From Tagaea sp. (GTDB lineage Bacteria; Pseudomonadota; Alphaproteobacteria; CACIAM-22H2), in contig CBDIIB010000004.1 in the NCBI GenBank assembly GCA_965279525.1, forward strand, positions 96,001-160,000: a stretch of 64,000 nt of DNA, given 5' to 3'. Below the pieces are notes generated by a model that ran no database searches, was not told where the DNA came from, and saw only the letters and a program-made list of their open reading frames with translations. Positions 29,372 through 38,768 of this stretch are shown in pieces (the first letter of the stretch is position 1; each line of letters starts with the position of its first letter). The translations under genes and the position numbers were made by a program.

Positions 29372-29587
29372 TCAATGTAGTCCGTCGATCGGAACTCCGG
29401 TCGGCGGGAATTTCGATGTGACGTAGCCACACGAAGCTTGGATATCCGATCGACACGGCACCAGCGGCGTTCTTTGCGCTGCGCCGACAACTCGCTCGTC
29501 ACCTGATGCCGGAAAAGACGGTTCACAACCATAATGACATTGACTGTATGTCGCGATGACTCCTAGGTTGCTTTCCTGGAATCGGCG

Positions 29588-30136
29588 GTGTCGACGGGAG
29601 TGATGGTTTTCGTGCCTGCGCTTGTGACGGAAATGGGGATCGAGCCGACGCCGCCGGGGCGCACGAACCCGGGCCGCATCGCCGTCCGTCTGGCGAAAGA
29701 CCGCGCGGATCTGACGGCGATGATGGAGCTAGGCCGCCTGCTCCACGCGGAAAGCCGGTTCCGCAAGCTGCCCATCGACGAAGCCCGCCTGATGGAAATC
29801 GGCCGGATGGGGCTCGCAAAGGGCAATCCGGGCCTGATCCTGGCCGAACGGCAGGGGCGCCTTGTCGGCATGGCCATCGTGGTCGCCGGCGAGCACTTTT
29901 TCTCGGTCGCCAAGGCGGCCACCGTGCAGCTCGTCTATGTCCATCCGAAGGCGCGCGGCAGCCGCGCCGCCATCCTGCTGTTGCGCGCGCTCCGCCGCTG
30001 GGCGATCGAGGCCGGCGCCGAGGACCTGCACGTCAACAACACGACGGCCATCCACGCGGACCGCACGGACCGCTTCCTCAGACACATGGGCTTCCGCCAG
30101 ACGGGCGGGAACTATGTGCTGGAAGGGGTGCGATGA
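29588..30136 (+). CDS. GNAT family N-acetyltransferase (start uncertain)
   Basis: Acetyl-CoA motif YVHPKARGSRAA, FLRHMGF. Confidence 0.85.
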   Translation: MSTGVMVFVPALVTEMGIEPTPPGRTNPGRIAVRLAKDRADLTAMMELGRLLHAESRFRKLPIDEARLMEIGRMGLAKGNPGLILAERQGRLVGMAIVVAGEHFFSVAKAATVQLVYVHPKARGSRAAILLLRALRRWAIEAGAEDLHVNNTTAIHADRTDRFLRHMGFRQTGGNYVLEGVR

Positions 30137-30236
30137 GACATTCTGCGGTGACCCTTAGCCATTGGCCGAGACGGGCGCGTGCTCGGCGCTCTGGGCACGC
30201 TGAGTATTTTGGAGACCTACATTGTCGGGAGCGCGC

Positions 30237-31460
30237 ATGTCAGGCCGGAAATCTGCAATCTCCCGACGCTACTTCAGCCGCTTGACCGCAGGAGGATTCG
30301 TTTCCATGTCCGCTGCACCTGCCATATTGTCTCACGGCGCCAAAGCGCTGGCGCAGGGGGCGTCAGGAATGATTGGTGGCGGGCAGATCAGGTTCGTGCG
30401 GCAAGGCGGGTGGCGGATCGTCCCCGATTATCCGAAGTTCCCATACAACACGATCGATTTCCGGTTCGCTCCCGATGGCAAGCGGGTTGGGGTCCGGTCG
30501 GGAAGCAATCTTACGGTTTACGATTTTCCGTCCGGGCGGGAGGTTTGCAGAATCCTGCATCCGTCTTTGCCTCAGCGATATAGCTTTTCATTCGGGCCGG
30601 AAGGTCGCTTCCTGATCTCGTCTCCGCCGATGCTGAAGCCGCTTGTCGAACGCCCGACAATGCTTGCGAAGTTTATTGATTCGGAAACAGGGAAGACAGT
30701 TCGGGAAATCCCACTAGCTGACGTTGGGGCGGATATCGTTGGGGCGGGATCGCCTATCTGGACGTCTCCAACTGGCGAAATTGCTGTTGTCGGAGCCAAT
30801 GCCGGTAACAAGGGTTCTGCGATTGTCGTTGTCGATCTGAACTCACAGTCCATACGACATGTATTGAATCAGACTTCGGGTTCGGCGCACTTCTCACGTG
30901 AGATGGCGATTTCTTCTGCTGGTATCCTGGCGGTCCAAGAGCAGAACGGGAATCGATACTGGGAACCATCGAAGCTCAATCTGTTCGATCTCGAAACCGG
31001 TAAACGGATCGCTGTACTGCCGGCCAATCGACCGATGCTGACGGCAGTCGCGTGGAGTCGAGATGGCTCGCGGCTGTATACGGCCGGCAATGCACCCGCG
31101 ACTTCGCTGGACCTCCGCAACGATCCCGAGAAGGCGAAGATCGAATGGGGGGAAGCCGAACCGATCTGGGTCTGGGACGGTCAAGCACATGCGCGGATCG
31201 GGGTAATTTCGGAACCAAAAGCTCCGGTGGATTGGTTTGCGCCGTCACCGGACGGGAGGTTGTTGTGTGCAATTCGCGCCAAGCGCAAGGGCGGGCTCGG
31301 AGCGGGACTGAGCGTCTGGCGGCTGTCGGACAACGCCGAGATATTCAGTTACGAGACGCCCGACGCAAGGCTGATCAACGGAGCTGCATTCACGCCCGAC
31401 GGCAGCCACCTCGCGTGGCTGGAGCTCGATGAATTCAAAGTATTTCAGGTTGCCGGGTAA
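30237..31460 (+). CDS. WD40/YVTN-like beta-propeller protein with putative Tat signal
   Basis: SRRYF twin-arginine leader and ALA|Q cleavage; blades FAPDGKR, FGPEGRF, WSRDGSR, PSPDGRL, FTPDGSH. Confidence 0.78.
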   Translation: MSGRKSAISRRYFSRLTAGGFVSMSAAPAILSHGAKALAQGASGMIGGGQIRFVRQGGWRIVPDYPKFPYNTIDFRFAPDGKRVGVRSGSNLTVYDFPSGREVCRILHPSLPQRYSFSFGPEGRFLISSPPMLKPLVERPTMLAKFIDSETGKTVREIPLADVGADIVGAGSPIWTSPTGEIAVVGANAGNKGSAIVVVDLNSQSIRHVLNQTSGSAHFSREMAISSAGILAVQEQNGNRYWEPSKLNLFDLETGKRIAVLPANRPMLTAVAWSRDGSRLYTAGNAPATSLDLRNDPEKAKIEWGEAEPIWVWDGQAHARIGVISEPKAPVDWFAPSPDGRLLCAIRAKRKGGLGAGLSVWRLSDNAEIFSYETPDARLINGAAFTPDGSHLAWLELDEFKVFQVAG

Positions 31461-31510
31461 TGCAAATGGCCGCAAAAATTTTTACACAAAAAACACGTTA
31501 AGATAGCGCA

Positions 31511-31720
31511 ATGATTACTGCCGCAAACCTGAAGGCGTTTGCTTCCGATGCATATGCGCCCGGAACAACGCAGGGGATTCCGCCAGGAAGTACGATCATT
31601 GCCCAAAGCGCGCCCTCGCCGCTTACGGGATTTCAAGCGGTCGCATACAAGACGGCGGATGGGGAGTTGGTCCTCTCGTTCAAAGGATCGGACAGCCTTT
31701 ATATCGGCCAACCCGTATAG
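31511..31720 (+). pseudogene. Truncated N-terminus of a lipase class 3/phospholipase-like protein
   Basis: ASDAY...TGFQAVAYK...ELVLSFKGSD resembles the lipase_3 lead-in (xxAFRGT); cut before any GxSxG, at the stop of the convergent gene. Confidence 0.55.
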
Positions 31721-32871
31721 GTCGAGATGCCGCGCTTGCGCAGCTGGCCGCCGATGATCACGCGCTGGATCTCCGAAGTGCCTTCCCAGATCCTGTCGAC
31801 GCGGACGTCGCGATTGAGGCGTTCGACCGGGTTCTCGCGCATATAGCCGCGGCCGCCGAAAATCTGGACGGCCTTGTCGAGCACGCGGCCGGCCATTTCC
31901 GAGGCCTGCAGCTTGATTGCGCTCGCGCGCGCGTGGACGAGTTTCCTGTCCACGCCGCTGTCGATCTCCCAAGCGACGCGATAGACGAGACTCTTCGAGG
32001 CCATAATCTCGACCGCCATGTCGGCCAGCATGAACTCGATCGCCTGAAAGTCGCGGATCGCGCGGCCGAACTGGCGGCGCTCGGAAGCCCAGGCATTGGC
32101 GAGTTCGAAGGCGCGGATGGCAGCCCCGAGCGAGTTGGCGGCGATCTGCAGGCGCGCCTCGACGAACCAGTCCTTCGACAGTTCGAGACCGTTCCCGACA
32201 CCGCCGAGAACCGCATCTTCACCGATCTCGACATTCTCGAATGCGAACTCAGGATGGCCGAAGACATAGGTGTGCGTGAATTTCGGCTCCCGCGTTACGC
32301 GGACGCCCGGAGTCGACTTGTCGACGAGAAACAGGGTGGGGAGGTCGGGGTTCCCGTCGACATTCGCCTGAAGAATGATGTAGTCCGCGATGTCGCCCGA
32401 CGTGACGAACCATTTCTCGCCGTTGATGACATAACGGCCGCCGCGCCGGTCCGCGCGGGTCTGGATGAGGCGTGGGTCGGAGCCGGCCCCTGCCTCGGTG
32501 ATTGCCACGCACGCGCGCCGCGTCGTCAGGCAGCTCGGCCGCAGATAGGCTTCGATCTGCGCCGGTGTGCCGAACTTGAGCGCCACGGCCGGATGCGCGA
32601 CGACGGCCCAGAGGGCGCCGGTCGCCTTCCCGAGCTCCTCACTGATGACCACCTGCTCGAGCTGTGTACAACCTTGTCCGCCGACTTCCTTCGTATGGTT
32701 CATGCCGTTGAGGCCGTGTGCGACGACCGCTTTGCGCAGCGCTTCCTTCTTCTCCGCCGAAAGCAACCCGTTCATCTCGAGTTCGAGTTCATTCGGAAAC
32801 AGGAACTCTTCCGCAAAGGCTTTTGCGCGCCGCTGCCAGTCCTGGGCCGCCTTTGGTAGTGTGAGGTCCAT
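31699..32871 (-). CDS. Acyl-CoA dehydrogenase
   Basis: AITEAGAGSD, INGEKWFVT, RRQFGR, QIFGGRGY, RIWEGTSEIQR. Confidence 0.95.
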   Translation of the reverse strand: MDLTLPKAAQDWQRRAKAFAEEFLFPNELELEMNGLLSAEKKEALRKAVVAHGLNGMNHTKEVGGQGCTQLEQVVISEELGKATGALWAVVAHPAVALKFGTPAQIEAYLRPSCLTTRRACVAITEAGAGSDPRLIQTRADRRGGRYVINGEKWFVTSGDIADYIILQANVDGNPDLPTLFLVDKSTPGVRVTREPKFTHTYVFGHPEFAFENVEIGEDAVLGGVGNGLELSKDWFVEARLQIAANSLGAAIRAFELANAWASERRQFGRAIRDFQAIEFMLADMAVEIMASKSLVYRVAWEIDSGVDRKLVHARASAIKLQASEMAGRVLDKAVQIFGGRGYMRENPVERLNRDVRVDRIWEGTSEIQRVIIGGQLRKRGISTYTGWPI

Positions 32872-34955
32872 CAGCTTGGCTCCGGTTTCAGGACGACGAG
32901 AGCATCGAGGGCAATGATCTCCGATCCCACGAGCAATGGATTTACATCGATTTCAGCGAGTCGGCTGGCCAATCCGGAGGCAAGGACAGAAAATCTGGCT
33001 ATCACTGCCGCCAACTGGTCGAGATCAGCAGCGGGTCCGCCACGATATCCGTCCAGCAAGCGGCGCAGCGCCAGCCGGTCGATAAGGCGACGAGCGGTCG
33101 CAGGACCGAACGGCGCCAGGGCGACCTGCCGGTCGGAAAGAAGTTCGACCAGTGTGCCGCCGGCACCGACTGTAACGAGCGGGCCGAACTGCGGATCATC
33201 GATCATTCCGAGCGCGAGCTCGACGCCGCGCGGTGCCATCGGGGCGACCAGCACGCGCGGGCCGAGCCGGGCGGCGAGATCTTCGTAGGCGGCGGCAACA
33301 GCGTCGGCATCCTTGAGCCCGAGCAGCACGCCGCGCACGTCCGACTTATGGAGGATTCCCGGCTGCGCGGTCTTGCAGACGCAAGGGAACCCTAGTGTCG
33401 CGACCGCTTCACGGGCTTCGGCAGCTGATTGCACGATCCTGTGCCGGACGGTCGGGATGTTCCAATCTGCGAGCAGGGAAAGGCTCGCGGTCTCGTCGAG
33501 CGCCCCGCCATGCGCCGGCAGCGACCGAGGCGCGGCGGGCCCGGCTGGCGGCGGATCGTCGCGGCGCGCGAGGAAGTCGCGATATGCGAGCGCGCCGCGC
33601 ACCGCGACAAGCGCGTTCGTGGTGCCGTCGAGAACCGGCACGCCGGCCCTCGTGAGTTCGCTGGCAAGCGCGTCGTGACGCACCTGCGTGTAGTGGGTCG
33701 CGACTGCAACCGGCTTGTCGGTCCGTGCAGATGCCGCGAGGATCGCGTTCGCGAATCCACGATGGAGGTATGAACCATCGCGCACGTCGATCGCCATCAG
33801 GCCGATCGCGGCATTCGGGTCGTGAATTAGATCGCTGAGGAAATCTTCGTACTGCTTCTCGAAATCCGCACCGGTTCCCCAGGCGTCCAGCGGGTTGACG
33901 GCTTCGAGTCCGGGATCGAGGCGTGCCGAGATGGTGGCCTTCGTCGGTTCCGTAAGTTCGGCGAACTCGACACCGACCCTGTCGGCCAGATCGATCATCA
34001 GTTCGCGCTCGCCGCCCGAATCGCCGATCGCGACAAGCCCGCCCTTCGCGGGCCGGCGGCCTGACGACAGGAGCAGCAGTGTCGCGGAAAGCTCGTCGAG
34101 CGTCTCGACGCGGACGACGCCGTGGCGCTCGAACAGCGCCTGATATGCCAGGTCGCTGCCGGCGAGTGCGCCGGTATGGGTGAGGGCTGCTGCAGCGGCG
34201 GCCTCGGTCCGTCCGACCTTGAGGACGACGACTGGTACGCTACGCCGTGCGGCCAGCGACAGGGCCTGTGCGAAGCCGGCGGGGGCGCGGGCGGTTTCCA
34301 GAAACAGGCCGACGGCCCGTACCTCGGGGCGTTCGACGGCGTAGGCGACATAGTCGGCAACGGTCGCCGTCAGCTCGCTTCCCGGCGATACCGCAAGCGC
34401 GAAACGCAGGCGCGGGTCGTTGTGGGCGAGGGCGCCGAAGACGCTGCCGGAGTGCGCGATAAAGGCGATCGAGCCGGCATCTGGCGTACGCGGGCTGGGG
34501 AACCCGCAGATCCATGTACGGTCGAGATCGTTGTAGAAGCCCATGCAGTTCGGGCCGCAGACGACGATGCCGCGCTCGTCGGCGATGCGGCGCAGCCGTT
34601 CGAGCAGCCGCGGATCGCCGTCGGGTTCGAGGATCGCGGATGCGAAGATGACGGCGGCCCGCGCACCGGCGTCGGCGGCCTCGCGCAGTGTCGTCTCGAG
34701 AAGTTCGTTCTTCACGGAAAGGACCGCAAGGTCCGGCCGGTCGGGAAGGTCGGCGAGCGAGGGATGGCACGCGAACCCCTCCACCTCGCGATACTTCGGA
34801 TTGACGGGATAGACGGTCCCCTCGAACCCGCCCCGGCGGATCATGCGGAGCATGCTGTTGCCGGGCGTGTTCGTCCGGTCGCTGGCGCCAACGAAGGCGA
34901 TGCGGCGCGGTGCGAGGAGTGGCGTCAGCCGGTCGGCGTGGATTGTCGCTGTCAT
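32871..34955 (-). CDS. ADP-forming acyl-CoA synthetase (acetate--CoA ligase family, fused CoA-binding and ATP-grasp domains)
   Basis: FVGAS, GPNCMG, HSG, THTGALAG (phospho-His), HKSDV, DPQFGP, IDVNPL. Confidence 0.9.
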   Translation of the reverse strand: MTATIHADRLTPLLAPRRIAFVGASDRTNTPGNSMLRMIRRGGFEGTVYPVNPKYREVEGFACHPSLADLPDRPDLAVLSVKNELLETTLREAADAGARAAVIFASAILEPDGDPRLLERLRRIADERGIVVCGPNCMGFYNDLDRTWICGFPSPRTPDAGSIAFIAHSGSVFGALAHNDPRLRFALAVSPGSELTATVADYVAYAVERPEVRAVGLFLETARAPAGFAQALSLAARRSVPVVVLKVGRTEAAAAAALTHTGALAGSDLAYQALFERHGVVRVETLDELSATLLLLSSGRRPAKGGLVAIGDSGGERELMIDLADRVGVEFAELTEPTKATISARLDPGLEAVNPLDAWGTGADFEKQYEDFLSDLIHDPNAAIGLMAIDVRDGSYLHRGFANAILAASARTDKPVAVATHYTQVRHDALASELTRAGVPVLDGTTNALVAVRGALAYRDFLARRDDPPPAGPAAPRSLPAHGGALDETASLSLLADWNIPTVRHRIVQSAAEAREAVATLGFPCVCKTAQPGILHKSDVRGVLLGLKDADAVAAAYEDLAARLGPRVLVAPMAPRGVELALGMIDDPQFGPLVTVGAGGTLVELLSDRQVALAPFGPATARRLIDRLALRRLLDGYRGGPAADLDQLAAVIARFSVLASGLASRLAEIDVNPLLVGSEIIALDALVVLKPEPS

Positions 34956-34983
34956 GTCACTGTCAAGGGTGCTGGCCCGGCCG

Positions 34984-35013
34984 CCGGCACCGGGCGAAAG
35001 GGCCCGGTGCCGG
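34984..35013 (-). repeat. 12-bp stem hairpin downstream of the polyamine-type SBP gene
   Basis: CCGGCACCGGGC-GAAAGG-GCCCGGTGCCGG. Confidence 0.85.
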
Positions 35014-35030
35014 TCGGACGCGGCCGGACG

Positions 35031-36095
35031 TCAGCCGAGCTGCATGCGGTTCCAGTCATTCTCGTACTTGACCGAGTAGGCCGCCGCTTCCTTCTCGTTG
35101 AGGATCAGCATGTCCTTGATGTTCTCGGGTGCCGTGACCATCAGTTTGCGTTGTTCCGCCGTACCCTTGGCTGCGGCGGACCCGAGAACGGGGCCGTAGG
35201 TCCCGAACGAATTCAGGCCTGTCTGCGCCTCTTCGGAGATCGCGTAGTTGATCGCTTCCATCGCGAGGCGCGCGTTCTTCGAGCCCTTGGGGATGACCCA
35301 TGCATTACCCCAGGCGATGCCGTCCTTGTACGTCATCGCGATAGGCGCTTTCTCCTGCATCATCGCCAGAATGCGACCGTTCCAGGCCGACGACATGGCG
35401 AGTTCGCCCGAAGACAGAAGCTGCGGGGGCTGCGCGCCGGCGGTCCACCAGACCTTCACGTGCTCCTTCAGCTCCTTGACCTTCTCGATCGCCATCTTCG
35501 CCTTCTCGTCGGTCACCGGGAAGACCTGCGAACGCGGAACGCCGGCCGCGAGAAGGGCTGCTTCGTAGTTGTAGTAGAAAGGCTTGTAGAGGCCGCGCGG
35601 GCCGGGGAAGTCCTTCACGTTCCAGAAGTCCTTCCACGATTGCGGGCCCTTGCCTTCGGGGAAGGTCTTCGTGTTCCACGCGATGACAGTGGCGCCGGTC
35701 GACGTGAAGATTCCCTTGGGTGCCACCCAGCCCGCATCGAGATTCCTGGCGTTCGGGATCAGCGACATGTCGAGCGGTTCGAGGAGTTCATCGCCCTGCC
35801 AGATGAAGCGGCCGCCGACGTCGACAAGGTCCCATTCCGGTTGACCGGATTCGACCATTGCCTTGAGCTTGGCGTAGTTGGTCGGCGAAGCCGCGACGAC
35901 CTCGAATCCCTTCTGCTTGCCGAACGGGTCGAGCAGGACGGTCTTTTCGAGATCGCTGAGCGCGCCGCCCCACGAGCAGAACGTCAGTTGGCGTGCCTGG
36001 GCTTGCGGCGTACGGGCGAACCCGGCAGCCGCGAGCATCGTGCCGCCTGCAAGAATCTGTCTTCTGTTCAACATCGTGATTTCCTCCTTGTTCAT
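35031..36095 (-). CDS. ABC substrate-binding protein, polyamine/opine (PotD-like) family, Tat signal
   Basis: NRRQIL leader, SWGG, PQSWKDFWNVKDFPGPR, SAWNGR; start may be the second Met. Confidence 0.9.
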   Translation of the reverse strand: MNKEEITMLNRRQILAGGTMLAAAGFARTPQAQARQLTFCSWGGALSDLEKTVLLDPFGKQKGFEVVAASPTNYAKLKAMVESGQPEWDLVDVGGRFIWQGDELLEPLDMSLIPNARNLDAGWVAPKGIFTSTGATVIAWNTKTFPEGKGPQSWKDFWNVKDFPGPRGLYKPFYYNYEAALLAAGVPRSQVFPVTDEKAKMAIEKVKELKEHVKVWWTAGAQPPQLLSSGELAMSSAWNGRILAMMQEKAPIAMTYKDGIAWGNAWVIPKGSKNARLAMEAINYAISEEAQTGLNSFGTYGPVLGSAAAKGTAEQRKLMVTAPENIKDMLILNEKEAAAYSVKYENDWNRMQLG

Positions 36096-37144
36096 GTTGT
36101 TTCTGGAAGTATCGACACGTTGTTTTCGCTCCAGCCGATTTCGACAGTTTCCTCCTTCGGAGCGTCGGAACTGAAGAGGCGGGACCAGAGCTCCGTCCCG
36201 TTGCCGAGTTCGAGGCGCAGGGCCACGATCTCGCCGAGAAACACGCGCTCCACGATCCGGGCCGTGCGACCTCCTTTCGTCGGACGGACATGCTCGGGCC
36301 GGACCATCGCGGCGGCAGGTCCGCCGACCGCAATACCGGGCGCTGCGCGCCCCGTCAGCGAACCCGCAACGCCGCTCGCTTCGAACTTCGCCGTGGCACC
36401 GTCCGTTGCGATGACGCGGCCGGGGATCAAATTTGATTCGCCCAGGAACCGCGCGACGAACGTGTCGACAGGCCGGGCGTAAAGGTCCTGCGCCGTTCCG
36501 ATCTGGACGATGCGGCCGGTCCGCATCACGGCGATCCGGTCCGACATCACGAGGGCTTCTTCCTGATCGTGTGTGACGTAGAGGGTCGTGCGCGGCTGTG
36601 CCAGATGCATGCGCCGGATCTCGATTTGCACTTCCTTGCGCAGCTGCTTGTCGAGTGCGCCGAGTGGTTCGTCCATCAGAAGGATGTCGGGCTCGATGAC
36701 GATGGCACGGGCAAGAGCCACGCGCTGCTGTTGGCCGCCCGACAGGCTGGCGATCCGCCGTAGCCCGAACGCGTCGAGGCGGACGCTCGCGAGGACAGCC
36801 TCAACCCGCCGGGTGATGTCCGGCTCGGCCGCACCACGCACGCGCAGCCCGTAGGCGACATTCTCGAACACGCTCATATGCGGAAACAGGGCATAGTTCT
36901 GGAAGACCATGCCGATGTTGCGCTGGCGCGGTGACAGCGAGGTGATGTCGTTCCCGTCGAGCAAGAGACTTCCGGCGCTCGGCGACTCGAATCCGGCGCA
37001 GATGTTCAGGAGCGTCGTCTTTCCCGACCCCGACGGGCCAAGGAGACTGACGAACTCGCCGGGTGCGACGGCCAGATCGAGCGGCAGGATCGCGTGGAAC
37101 TGCCCGAACTGCTTGGCGATCCCGCGGAAGGTGACGCCCCTCAT
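36092..37144 (-). CDS. ABC ATP-binding protein (PotA-like)
   Basis: GPSGSGKTT, FQNYALFPH, LSGGQQQR, MDEPLGALD, TOBE-like tail. Confidence 0.93.
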   Translation of the reverse strand: MRGVTFRGIAKQFGQFHAILPLDLAVAPGEFVSLLGPSGSGKTTLLNICAGFESPSAGSLLLDGNDITSLSPRQRNIGMVFQNYALFPHMSVFENVAYGLRVRGAAEPDITRRVEAVLASVRLDAFGLRRIASLSGGQQQRVALARAIVIEPDILLMDEPLGALDKQLRKEVQIEIRRMHLAQPRTTLYVTHDQEEALVMSDRIAVMRTGRIVQIGTAQDLYARPVDTFVARFLGESNLIPGRVIATDGATAKFEASGVAGSLTGRAAPGIAVGGPAAAMVRPEHVRPTKGGRTARIVERVFLGEIVALRLELGNGTELWSRLFSSDAPKEETVEIGWSENNVSILPETT

Positions 37145-37917
37145 CGGGCCCTCCGCGAGACGAGCCGGCTTGCGGCGGCACCCGCCAGCGCAAGTGCGAT
37201 CATGATCGTCGCCGCAACGGCAACGACAGGCGTGTACTCGACCCGGATTTCCTCCCAGATGCGCACCGGCAGCGTCTTGACGCGGGGGCCGGACAGGAAG
37301 ATGGAGAGCACCACCTCGTCGAACGAGGTGACGAAGGCGAACACGGCTCCGCCGATGACGCCGGGCAGGATCAGCGGCAGCGTGATGGTTCTGAAAATAC
37401 GCCACGGCCCGGCACCCAGGCCTGCTGCCGCCATGGCCAGTCGTGGATCAAGGGCTGCAACGGAGACGCCGATATTGAGGACGGCATAGGGCAGGGCTAG
37501 CATCGTATGTGCAATGACGAGGCCGGTGACGCTGCCGACCAGGCCCGTCGCCCGCGCGATCGCATAGAGGCCGACCGCAAGGACGATGACAGGCGCGACA
37601 GCAGGTCCAAGGAACAGGCCGGTCGCGATCTTGCGGCCGGTCGGGCCGAGCTTCTCGATGCCAAGGGCCGCCGCCGTCCCCGTCGCGACGGCAAGAATGC
37701 TCGACAGCGTGGCGACCTGCAGGCTCGTGATCAGGGCGTTTCGCCAGCTGGCGTCGGCAAGGAAAGCGCTCCACCAGCGCAGTGAGTAGCTTTCCGGCGG
37801 CAGCCGCACGAAGCTGCGTTCGCTGAAAGAGACCGGAATTACCGCGAGTATCGGGACGACCAGTGCCAGTCCGACAACCACCGCGAACCCCTTGGACCAG
37901 AGCGGTGCGCGCGTCAT
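37141..37917 (-). CDS. ABC permease (PotC-like)
   Basis: YSLRWW, FVTSFDEVV, TLPVRIW. Confidence 0.92.
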   Translation of the reverse strand: MTRAPLWSKGFAVVVGLALVVPILAVIPVSFSERSFVRLPPESYSLRWWSAFLADASWRNALITSLQVATLSSILAVATGTAAALGIEKLGPTGRKIATGLFLGPAVAPVIVLAVGLYAIARATGLVGSVTGLVIAHTMLALPYAVLNIGVSVAALDPRLAMAAAGLGAGPWRIFRTITLPLILPGVIGGAVFAFVTSFDEVVLSIFLSGPRVKTLPVRIWEEIRVEYTPVVAVAATIMIALALAGAAASRLVSRRAR

Positions 37918-38768
37918 CTCGCCTCCGCAAGGCCGGAGACCGGCACGAAGCGAGCTGCAATCGCGATCACGCCGAGCGCGAGCGCAAGGAGGACCATCGA
38001 GGCCGCCGAGGCAAGCGGCCAGGCAAGCCGCTCGTTCACGAAGGCGTCGATGAGCATCGATATCGTCGTGGACTTGGCGCCGCCGAGGAGTGCCGGCGTA
38101 ATGAAGAAGCCGAGCGACAGGAGGAATGTGAAAGTCGCTGCGGTCGCAATGCCTTTGGTGGCGAGCGGAAGCACGATGCGCCGGAACGTCGTGATGCTCG
38201 AGGCACCAAGGCCCTCGCTGGCCCGCAATAGGGCTGGGTCGATCTTGACGAGTGCCGCGTAGATCGGGAGTGCCGCGTAGGGAAGCAGCACATGAACCAT
38301 GCCGATCATGACGCCGGTGAAGTTGAACAGGAACGACAGCGGCTCGTCGATGATGCCGCCCGCGAGCAGGAACCGGTTCAGAGGCCCGTTTTTCTCGAGG
38401 ATCAGCATCCACGAGAAAGTGCGGACAAGCACGCTGATCCAGAGCGGCAGGACAACGCAGGCGAACAGACCGATGCGCCACGTGCCCGACAGGCGCGACA
38501 GCGCCATCGCGACGGCAAAGCCAAGCGTGAGCGTGATCGCGGTCACGACGACAGCGAGACGCATCGTGTTCCAGAGGACGAGCCAGTAGATATCTTCGCC
38601 GAGCAGCTCTTCGTAAGCCCCAAGCATCCCGGACTTGGCGGAGAGGCTCATCGAGACCAGCCGTACCAGCGGCATCACGAATGCGACGGCGATGACGACC
38701 ATCGCCGGCAGCAGGAGCAGGACGCCGAAGACGCCCCGCGAGAAGTTCTGTGGCGCGGCTGCGCTCAT
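37914..38768 (-). CDS. ABC permease (PotB-like)
   Basis: PLWISVLVRTFSW, MVHVLLPY, GFFITPALLGG. Confidence 0.92.
   Translation of the reverse strand: MSAAAPQNFSRGVFGVLLLLPAMVVIAVAFVMPLVRLVSMSLSAKSGMLGAYEELLGEDIYWLVLWNTMRLAVVVTAITLTLGFAVAMALSRLSGTWRIGLFACVVLPLWISVLVRTFSWMLILEKNGPLNRFLLAGGIIDEPLSFLFNFTGVMIGMVHVLLPYAALPIYAALVKIDPALLRASEGLGASSITTFRRIVLPLATKGIATAATFTFLLSLGFFITPALLGGAKSTTISMLIDAFVNERLAWPLASAASMVLLALALGVIAIAARFVPVSGLAEAR

Noticed and set aside
34122-36482. Long antisense ORFs (786 aa here; also 3834-5243, 15621-17333, 45481-47133, 60083-61897)
   Set aside because: Opposite well-supported genes with no recognisable motifs; expected in high-GC DNA with few stop codons
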